This document shows positions 50,345 to 59,665 of a stretch of DNA of 64,000 nucleotides, piece after piece. Made by a program: the position numbers and the translations under genes. Under the pieces are notes generated by a model. The model did no database searches, was not told the origin of the DNA, and worked only from the letters and a program-made list of their open reading frames with translations. Source of the DNA: Chiloscyllium plagiosum. Lineage: Eukaryota. The stretch covers positions 21,141,217 through 21,205,216 of the forward strand of contig NC_057720.1 in the NCBI RefSeq assembly GCF_004010195.1. Reading direction: 5' to 3'. Position 1 is the stretch's first letter; every line of letters begins with the position of its first letter.

Positions 50345-51335
50345 AACCAGAAGAGGTGGGAACAGGAGTAAACCTTTCACTCCCTCAAACCTCCTCCCTT
50401 TAATAAGGCTGACTCGACATTCCTCATATTCACTTTTCTGCTCTTTCTGTGATTCCCCAAATGATCACAAATCTATCTATCTCAGTCGTAAAATATGCAC
50501 AAGGATTCTGCCCCACCAGCTGTCTGTGGCAAGGAGTTCCAAAGACTAACAACCCTCTCAGAGCAAAATAAAATCCTGTTCACCTCAGGCTTAAATTGGT
50601 GCCCCTTAATTATGAGACTATGCTTCTGTCCTAGACTTAACATTTTCTCAGCATTTACCCTGTCAAGGCTCTTAAGAATTCTATATGTTTCAATGAGATC
50701 ACCTCCCATTCTTCTAAAGTCCAGTGTATAGACTCCCAAACTGTTTATCCTTTGCTTACAAGACAATCCCTCCATACCAGGGATCATCCTAGTGAACCTT
50801 CACTGAGCTGCCTCCAGCAAAATAATATCTTTCCTTAAATAAGATGAACAAACCTGCTCACAGTACTCTAGACATGGTCTCACAAATACCTTGCAAAGTT
50901 GCATCAAAGACTTTCCCCACTCTTATACTCCAACCCCCTTGAAATATTTACAATATTTGAAATATTTTAAATAGACCAATAGACGTTTAGGCTTCCTGAT
51001 TACCTGCTGTACCAGTGCATTAGGTTTCTGTGTTTCATGCACAAGTACACTAAAATCCTTTTGTGTTGCAGCTTTCTGTAGATTTTCTTCATTTAAATAA
51101 TACTTTTTTAAAAATTCTCTCTTCCAAAATGAGCAGCTTCACATTTTCCTAGGTGATACTCCATTTGTCAACGTTTTGCCTGCCTACCTAACCCACCAAT
51201 ATCTCTCTAAACTGTTTGTATCTCGGTTGCAACCTGTGTTTCCACCTAGTTTAGTGTTGCCTGCAAATTTGGCTACAGTACATTCACTTGCTTCCTCCAA
51301 AACATTAATATAAATTATAAACAGTTGTGGCCCCA
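50345..51335 (-). mobile_element. CR1, 5'-truncated
   Basis: LGPQLFIIYINVLEE...KFAGNTKLGG; MIPGMEGLS...FRRMGGDLIETYRILK. Confidence 0.9.
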
Positions 51336-51374
51336 GCTTCAAGTTTGCAGATGATACCAAGTTGGGTGGGAAGG

Positions 51375-52164
51375 TGTGAAAAAGCATTCCTTTAACAAGG
51401 TTATGTTGTCCTTGTTTTTTTTCAAGATGGGGTTGTAAAGGCAGAGGTGCTGATATGTCTGGAAGTGGCTACTTTTGTTAATGGCAGGAGAGGGGCCAAT
51501 TCTTCCAGTACAAGTTTTTTTCTTGTTCGAATTAGTTTTAGCAGAGAGTCAGAAAACTGCTGGTAACAGGGACACAGTTACAGTGAAACAAAGTTCGATG
51601 CTTCAACAGAGGTTTTCTTGCCTGACTCTACTGTTTGAAACCTCTCCTACCTGTAAGAACCTGTGTTTCAATGTACCATTTGCCTAGAGTGTATTTATGG
51701 GATATTGAGGGAATTGGATCAGTTTTGTTAACTTGCGAAAGAGATGGGTTGGGTTTTCAAATAAGTCATAGAGTCATAGAGATGTACAGCACGGAAGAGA
51801 CCCTTCAGTCCAACTCGTCCATGCCGACTAGATATCCCAATCCAATATAGTCCCACTTTCCAGCACCTAACCCATATCCCTCCAAACCATTCCTATTCAG
51901 ATACCCACCCAGATGCCTTTTAAATGTTGCAATTGTACCACCCTCCACCACTTCCTCTGGTAGCTCATTCAATACAAGTCATATTGTTCTAAATTCTGTT
52001 TTCTTTTGTTTGTGTTTATATAAATTCTATTTTGCTTAAAGCCGAGTGGTTTGACCAACTGCATCACTCCTGGGGTATCCACTTTACATCTGCTTAAAAA
52101 AAGAAATTAGGGTCTGGGCTCCCCTCTTAAAATGTTTTGAGGGTGTCTGACCTGGTCCATAACA
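51375..52164 (+). mobile_element. Solo LTR (Gypsy-like)
   Basis: TG...CA termini, 4-bp near-TSD aagg/aggg, clean interruption of a CR1 reading frame. Confidence 0.75.
51771..51975 (-). mobile_element. CR1/HER1-like 3' end nested in the LTR
   Basis: TSD aagtcata at 51763-51770 and 51976-51983. Confidence 0.9.
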
Positions 52165-52699
52165 AGGGTGAACTGTGATGCGGATGCAAAGATCCTTCAG
52201 CATGATCTAGATAGGTTGGGAGGGTGGGCAATTCGATGGCAGATGCAGTATAATTTGGATTATTCACTTTGGAAGCAAAAACATGAAGGCAGATTACTAT
52301 TTGAATGGCTGTAAACTGGGAGAGAGAAGTGTGCAGCAGGACCTGGGTGTCCTTGTGCACCAGTTGCTGAAGGTATGATCATTCCTGTTTGAGAGAGGAA
52401 GAGGGAATGCTGACAGAGCCAAGCTGGAATTCTAATAAGATCAGCTGAACTTGCACAATCTACAAGGAAGGAGCTTAAGAAATCAGGTCTGTACTTAGCT
52501 TTTGGCTGGCACCTTCTTCCTTTTCTATCAGATGGAGAGCCCAAGTTGCTCAGAGTTGAGCTGACTGATTGCTATGTTTTATGTTTTTGAGAGGAACATT
52601 GAAAGATCAAGAATCAGTGTTCAGCATTCAAACATGTAACAAGTACATTTAGGAAATCAAATCATTTTACTTCTCGATGTAAAATGGAGTTGGAAACAC

Positions 52700-53660
52700 A
52701 AGAAACAGGAGCTGGAGCAGGTCACTTTGAACCTGCTGCAGCATTCAGCAAAGTGGTGACTGAGCTTTCACCTCAACGCCTATTCCTTCATTCCAAGAGG
52801 GCCATTAATCTTGATCTTATCTTGAACTCACTCGATGACTGAACTCTGTAGGCTAGACAATTGCAAACATTCATGTTTTTATCGGAGGATTTTTGTTCTT
52901 AGTTCAGTCTTAAATGATCAACTTCTAATTCTGACTCTATGACCATTTGTTGTAGATCTTCTCAGCCAGGAAAACATTTTCTTACCATACACCCTGTTAT
53001 GCTCTGTTAAGCTTTTTGTATGTTTCAGTTAGAATTATCGAGTTTTCCAACACGGAGAGAGGACTTCTGGTCCATCATATCTACACTGGTTCTCAAGTAT
53101 CTCTCTATTCTAATCCCATTTTCCATCATTTGGCTTGTGCCCTTATAAACTCTCCCCACCCTTCAGGCTCTCTGCCTGTATTCCTGATGAAGGGCTTATG
53201 CCCGAAACGTCGATTTTACTGCTCCTCGGATGCTGCCTGAACTGCTGTGCTCTTCCAGCACCACTAATCCAGAATCCCTTATAAATCATGGCACTTCAAG
53301 TAATTATCTGAATATTCCTTAAATGTTGTGATGGCTCCCACCTATATCACCCATTCAAGGAACCCTCTCATTCAATTAAACTCCAGGTCTTAGTCTGTTT
53401 AATCTCTCTTGCTAAGACTATACCTTTATTCCAGGAACTAGTCTAATAACCCATTGTTGTACTACACACAAGGCAAATGAATTCCTCTTCAGGTAAAAAG
53501 ACCAAAATTGCAAACAATGCGCCACGTATGCCCTCACTAATGCCCTGTATAATGGTAGGAAGATTGCTTTATCAGTGTACTATAGTCCCTTGACATAGCA
53601 TTTATCTCCCCAGCCAGTTGTTATACCCTGAGTGTTATCCTTGAGTGATTCATGAAAGAA
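52700..53660 (-). mobile_element. Old CR1 3' fragments (at least two nested)
   Basis: Decayed reverse-complement CR1 3' sequence on both sides of the 53150 insert. Confidence 0.65.
53150..53275 (+). mobile_element. Penelope-derived single arm with an intact hammerhead core (53184-53211)
   Basis: CTGATGA A GGGC TTAT GCCC GAAA C GTC; TSD cccttataaa at 53140-53149 and 53276-53285. Confidence 0.85.
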
Positions 53661-53925
53661 ATGAATTCACCTTAGAGGCAAATAAGCAAGTTAATGAGTA
53701 CCGGATGATTGCACGATCATTAAGTAGCCTATAATTTTCCATCCATTAACAGTAATGAACAGAAAATCACTGAGTGGTCACTGCAAGTTTCCAAACTGCT
53801 CCCTGCAATGTATATACATCTCTGGGAGGACGAGATTGCAGAATCATGTGCCTCAAAATTAAATCTCTCTTCTCTGGTTATTGACCCTCCCGATGTTGGA
53901 AACAGTTTTTTCTTTATTTCCTTAA

Positions 53926-54262
53926 GGTGGCACGATGGGTCAGTGCTGCCTCACAGACCAGGGACTGGGGTTCAACGCTCACCTTTGGTGACTGTCTGTG
54001 TGGAGTTTGCACATTCTTCCCCTTGTCCGTGTGGGTTTCCTCCGGGTGCTCTGGTTTCCTCCCACAGACCAAAAATGTGCAGGTTAGGTGGATTGGCCAT
54101 GCTAAATTGCCCAGAGTGACCAGGGATGTGCAGGCTTGGTGGATTAGCCATGGGAAATGTGGGGTTAAAGGGATGGGGTGGATCTGGGTGGGATGCTCTT
54201 CAGAGGGTCGGTGTAGACTCAATGGGCCAAATGGCCTGCTTCCATAACTGCAGATATTCTGT
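53926..54262 (+). mobile_element. HE1-like V-SINE
   Basis: tRNA head, V-domain, CR1-like tail. Confidence 0.88.
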
Positions 54263-54334
54263 GATTATTTGTTCCAGAAAGCCCTTCAAGGTATTAAATA
54301 CCCATATTATTTCCCCCATTGAACCTCACTAGGT

Positions 54335-54565
54335 AGCGGGGGTCAGTTAGCTGGACAACGAGTTTGCAATGCCAGAGTGATACTAACAGTGTGGGTTTAA
54401 TTCCTGTACCAGCTGAGGTTATCATAATGGACATTCCCTCTCTATTTCTCCCCTTGCCTGAGGAGAGGTGACCCCCGCACCCCCCAGGTTAAACCACCAT
54501 GAATTGTCTCTCTCGAATGGGAGAACCACCTTATGGTCTGGTAGGACACTGGTGACTGTACCATA
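54335..54565 (+). mobile_element. tRNA-derived SINE, family D
   Basis: gtcagttagctggaca...gagtgatactaaca head and ctgagg..ggtgaccc...caggttaaaccac core shared with 59453-59665. Confidence 0.65.
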
Positions 54566-55139
54566 CACTTCACTGTTCTGTGGAAAACTAGCCCAGTTTC
54601 TATAACCTCTCCATGTGATTGAAATCCCTGCAAACATTCTAGTAAAGCTCCTCTGCATGAAGGTCTTGACATCCTTCCTCAACAGTGGTGTCTTATCTGA
54701 ATTGGACACAAAACAACAGATGTGGCCTGTGGTTTATAAAGATTTGGCATTACATCTTGTTTGCCTGCCTCTATTAATCAAGCAAACAATGGTAGAAACT
54801 CAGTAAGGTTGGAAGTTGACTAATTGCACTGACACTCCAAGTTGGGACCTGGCATGGAGTCAAAACTGACATGTATTGCAGACCTTATACCAAAAACACC
54901 AGATTTAGGGAGCTCTATTCTGAATTACGTCTTGGTGTTTGAAAGAAATATGATACAATATTTTTTAAAAAGTGCCTCCCCAACATGAACATTTACTGAG
55001 AGAAGGCAACTTCCATTTTCTGGGAGCAAACAAGTTAAACTTGGTCCTCATGTTCCTCCAGGACAAAAGTGACAAGATCCTCTTTTTTTTTCCCCTGCCC
55101 TATCAGCCCACTGCAGGCCAACAAATCTCAACTAGCATT

Positions 55140-55660
55140 TCCTCCCAACATATTAAGCGGTGATCATTTGTAGATGTATGCTCTAAGTGATTTACACAAG
55201 GATGTTTGTGCATGTCTGACACTGAGTGTCAGGCTTGTCTAGACAGATAGAGCTGAAGAAGCACTGATCGTAAAGTGTGCCTGCCCGAAGACTGGAAATG
55301 AGTTAATCGAACAGATTGCGAACATCAATATGATGCTGTGTCTTCCTGTCCTTGCTGAAATCCATTTGAAAACTCAAAAAACATCAAACGTTGAAATAAA
55401 CTTTTCGTGCTAGATGGACAGGGTGTAAGAATGAATTTCTTCCAAAGATTAAAGACACTTCTATTTCTGAGATAAACTTAAAGATGAGATCTTGTTCAAA
55501 GGAAGCTGAGTCATCATCCCCAGAGACATGAGAGCAGAGATGATGCAGAAAATCTACTTGGGATTTTGCTATCTTGGGATTTGAAGGAAATCTGTACACA
55601 GCCAGACATGGTATTTACTGGCCTGGCAAAAATGTTAAAGACCAAGTCTACATTACTTCA
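55140..55660 (+). mobile_element. Decayed Gypsy pol fragment (integrase zinc-binding region)
   Basis: From 55483: DEILFKGS*VIIPRDMRAEMMQKIY...YLGI, then frameshifted ARHGIYWPG. Confidence 0.8.
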
Positions 55661-56739
55661 TAGTTAAATATTTAATACCAATGACATAAACCAGGGACCC
55701 AAGGAGGGTCCAATGTCTCGTGGATTCTGAAATTATATAATTTCTGTTGCACAAATAAGCATGATCTTAAATAGAAGCAAAAATTAGGCTTCAGATATAT
55801 CAAAGCCTTGACTAGTATCCTTGACTGAAGCGGAGTGCAAAATTTGATTTGCAATCAGTGAATAACTACTGGAGAACCTTGAAATGTTAGAATATTAAAA
55901 TAAATTTATGACAAAAATCTTAATATTTGTTTTTTAAAGAGCAGATATCGGGATAGCTACCTTCAATTGTCAATTCCCTGGGAAAGTTCTGCACCATCAT
56001 GCCAATGTAAGTTAAATGCTGTTATTAGAATACAAACAGGTCCATGAAATGTTTTGTTAATTGTATAACTGGTTTGAACCAGTTTGGAGTTATACTAGTG
56101 CTGAAGTTTTGAGGTTGTGTGTATCTGTGACACTGACAAATCAACTGACACTGCACATTATGACAACAACCAGATGCTTACCCCTGAGTGCTATCATAGG
56201 ATCTGTTGGCTATAAGACCTAGAATAATGAACACTATTTCATAGCTTCTTCAAATTACTCCAGACATTGTTATGACACTTTTTAATGAACCACAATTAAT
56301 ACTAACCTAATTAACAAGCTACAATAATTATGCCAATAGAAGACCCATTGTATATTCTGGGAGAAGTACAACATATGTTGAGGACCTGTTGTATAAAGTA
56401 CTTGTCAAACAAATGGAATTGACATCATGGGTATTCGTGGCTGCAGGCTCATTTGTTAGATAAGTATTGTATCTCAGCGCCATCACATGTATCTTAGTGT
56501 TTAATAAAATGCTTTCATTTAGTTTCAACTGTATTCTCTCTGATTATAGGATTGGGCTATCAAATTTCAGCATCAGTGCTGGATTATAGGTCTTCTGGTT
56601 TACTGCCGTGGGATTGGGGATAAGGATGGGAACGGTTTGATGGTGCAATGTAGCCTTTAGTACCACAGCTTGAATTATATCCCAATATTACGCCAAATTT
56701 TAGCCGGTGTGCCTTCGTACTTGCTAATGGCTATGTGAT

Positions 56740-56960
56740 AAAAACCAAAAAAACTGCAGATGCTGTAAATCAGAAACAAAAACAGAAATTGCTGGAAAAT
56801 CTCGGGAAGTCTGGCAACATTTGTGCAGAGAAATCTGAGTTAATATTTCGGGTTTGGTGACCCTTGAAGATCAGTGGACCTGGAATGTTAACTGTGATTT
56901 CTCTTCAGAGATGCTGCCAGACCTGCTGCGGATTTCCAAGCAATTTCTGTTTTTGTCATT
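56740..56960. mobile_element. Penelope-derived asymmetric palindrome (family C), decayed
   Basis: aaaaacagaaattgctggaaa...gagttaatatttcggg pairs with ...tgttaactg...ccaagcaatttctgttttt; tail on the left. Confidence 0.75.
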
Positions 56961-58140
56961 AATGTCTACGGTAGAGTGAGTTCTGATTAGTTCTCTCTTG
57001 CCACTGGTCATTTTTTTTAACAATGTTATGGTAACTAATGAAATCAGATTATAACAAGATTTTTTATATATATAAATAGAAATAAAAACTTGGCACGTTA
57101 TGCGGTGGATCAGTGGGCCCATTATCTACGTACTATGTGTTATGGTATAATCACATAAAATTCACAGATTGGAATCTAATAATTTCCAAAACAAGCAATC
57201 TATAGACCTGACTTCAGGAGGGAAAATATGATTTGCATCATTCTTTCCCTGCTGCTTAAGTGCCTTTTTTTTACCTTCTTCAATCTGTTTAGATTTTTAT
57301 GGGTATTTAAACAGTGAGTGTTGATGACATCCTCTGGGAGTTGCTGCTGGGCCAAATGTGTGAGGCAGCTGAGCTAACATATAGCTGAAGTGACAGTTGA
57401 TGGTGAAATACCATGTGTTGGTTTACTTTCTTCAATCTATTGCACTCAATTGCATCAAAGGAACGCTTTTCCTCCTGGCCCCTCACAAACAGCATCATCA
57501 TCATCATCATTCACTGACAAATATTGACCAAAGGAGTTGGTTGTATAAATGTTCTCTTTTTAGCGCTTCCATTCTCCCTGAGGCAGATCTGCCTTTACAT
57601 AAAATGTGCAATATTCGGCCCAACACTTTCCTCTTCACCTATGAACTCCCGTAAACAGCTACTCATTTACAATACCCCTGAAAAATAATAAAGAATTATT
57701 GGTTTGTGTGTATTTGTTGATAAAATGTTGCCACCATTTCTATTTCTTTGATTGGGCCTAAGGGCTTAGTTGGTCCACACCATCTTGAATCTTTGTCTTC
57801 ATTGGAAGAGACTCTTATCATGATGGGATATGTTTTTTTCACATGACAATTATCAGATACAAATAACATAACTGTGTTCTGCAATGATGTGAAGGCTTTG
57901 AGATACACATGGGTCTGCAAACCTGTCTTTAATCCACCCAAGTCTATATGACATCATCAGCTTGGGTGGATCTTAATGCAGTCTCTTACATTAACCCTTT
58001 CAGAACCATTGCTCATACAATTTATAGCGCTGGTTGTTTGAAATTCACTGAAGGCATGCCTGTTTTTGTGCACAGACATGTTTGTAGGTATTTGTGAATG
58101 CATTCTCTGGTGTCTTATTTTAAAATGTTAATTTTTAAAA

Positions 58141-58354
58141 GTTAAAAATCACACAACACCAGGTTATAGTCCAACAGGTTTAATTGGGAGCACTAGCTTT
58201 CAGAGCGCTGCTCCTTCATTAGGTGGTTGTGCCACCTGATGAAGGAGCGGCGCTCCAAAAGCTAGTGCTCCCAATTAAACCTGTTGGACTATAACCTGGT
58301 GTTGTGTGATTTTTAACTTTGTACACCCCAGTCCAACACCAACATCTCCAAATC
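58141..58354. mobile_element. Penelope-derived asymmetric palindrome (family B)
   Basis: Near-perfect arms of about 86 bp, tail of about 36 nt on the right; hammerhead CTGATGA A GGAGC GGC GCTCC AAAA G CTA (GAAA mutated to AAAA). Confidence 0.88.
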
Positions 58355-58414
58355 AATTTTTTTAAAAATATCTAATTTATAACTAACCTGGTGAATCACT
58401 TAGGACTTGAGATG

Positions 58415-59030
58415 AGGTGTCATTTCTTAAATCAATTAGCTGTGAATCCTTGGAATATTCTGCTCCAGAGGGTTTTGAATGCTCCTGTGTTGACTATATT
58501 CAAAGGCTGAGATAGATAGATTTTAGTGAATCGAGGGATACGGGAATTGAGCAGGGAAGTGGAATTATGGAATCCCTACAGTGTGGAAGCAGACCATTTG
58601 GCCCGTTGAGTCCACACTGACCATCCAAACGTCATTCAAAACAGACCCCCTCCCCACCCCACCCCACTTTATCCCTGGACCCCTGCATTTCCCATGGCTA
58701 ATTCACTCATCCTGCACATCCCTGGACATTATAGGCAATTTGGCATGGCCAAACTATCTAAGCTGCACATCATCGGACCATGGGAGGAAACTGAAGCACC
58801 CAGAGGAAACCCAGGCAGACATGGGGAGAATGTGTAAACTTCACAAAAAAAGTTGCCCAAAGGTGGAATTGAACCAGATCCCTGGCGCTGTGAGACAGTA
58901 GTGCTAACTACTGAGCCACCGTACCACCCACGTTACGGCCCAATGATCCACCATGATCCTATTGAATGATGAAGCAGGCTTGAGGGACCGAATGGCCTTG
59001 TCCTGCTCTTATTTCTTACGTTCTTGTTCA
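58415..59030 (+). mobile_element. Old CR1 3' end, split by a SINE
   Basis: gtgaatccttggaatattctgctccagagg...aaggctgagatagataga; the tail resumes after 58930. Confidence 0.75.
58563..58930 (-). mobile_element. HE1-like V-SINE
   Basis: Reverse-complement head and V-domain. Confidence 0.88.
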
Positions 59031-59452
59031 AATCAATGGACCAAATTGGTTGCTGACGCCCAACAGAGAGCTGAACATTTGAGGCAGGCGATGCAGCAAA
59101 TAAAAAGAAGTGTTAAATTATTTACACATTTGATCTGATATAGAATTTTGCACTAAAGTGTAAAGCATAGCAGATAGGTCAAAAAATGTGAGGATTGAAT
59201 AAACCGTCACACAAAGACTTACTGTGGGAGGAATAGACACACTTTCAATCTGGTATAGCATTTTTTAAAATGAAAAATCTCACATTAGGAATATGAAGCT
59301 AGCACAATAGAAGAAACACCTGCAGAAGTGATGTCATGATTTACCAATGCTGTATGGTTATAACACTTGAGAAATAACCTTTCTGAAGCAATTCAGTTTA
59401 CTCCACTTCTTCCCAACTTTTTATCCACCTCAAATTCCACCCATTTGGTGAT

Positions 59453-59665
59453 AGGTGTCAGTTAGCGCAGTTGGCTGGACAGCTGACTTGTAGCACAGAG
59501 TGATACCAACATGGTTAGAGGGTACCATAAAGGACTCTCCTTCTCAGCCTTTCCCTTCAACTGAGGCATGGTGACCCTCAGGTTAAACCACTACAGTCAT
59601 TGCTCTCTGTAATAAGATAGCAGCCCTATGCTCTGCTAAGGCTGTGGCAATTTTACCTTTACCAC
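59453..59665 (+). mobile_element. tRNA-derived SINE, family D
   Basis: Homologous to 54335-54565; ends (tttacc)n. Confidence 0.65.

Larger units (their letters stand above)
51336..52375 (+). mobile_element. CR1 RT fragment, split by a solo LTR
   Basis: KFADDTKLGG before the LTR; VNCDADAKILQHDLDRL after it. Confidence 0.85.

Noticed and set aside
50345..52375. Head-to-head CR1 pieces as a twin-priming inversion
   Set aside because: The two pieces cover overlapping RT coordinates and differ in sequence, so independent insertions are more likely.
134..53240. Recurrent ORFs of the type MPETSILLLLGCCLTCCAFPA / CCWKSAAGQAAS
   Set aside because: Translations of the non-coding Penelope-derived arms; frames are inconsistent among copies.
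9996..58354. Palindromes interpreted as DNA-transposon MITEs, miRNA precursors or terminators
   Set aside because: Asymmetric ends, variable-length TSDs, hammerhead cores and linkage to GIY-YIG remnants favour a Penelope origin; the sequence is eukaryotic.
5047..58901. Recurrent ORFs of the type WPIHLTCTSLDCGRKPEHPEETH / GDCLCGVCTFS
   Set aside because: Read-through of HE1-like SINE copies, not a gene family.
5088..59520. tRNA-like A/B-box sequences as tRNA genes
   Set aside because: All continue into SINE bodies, and I could not fold a complete cloverleaf.
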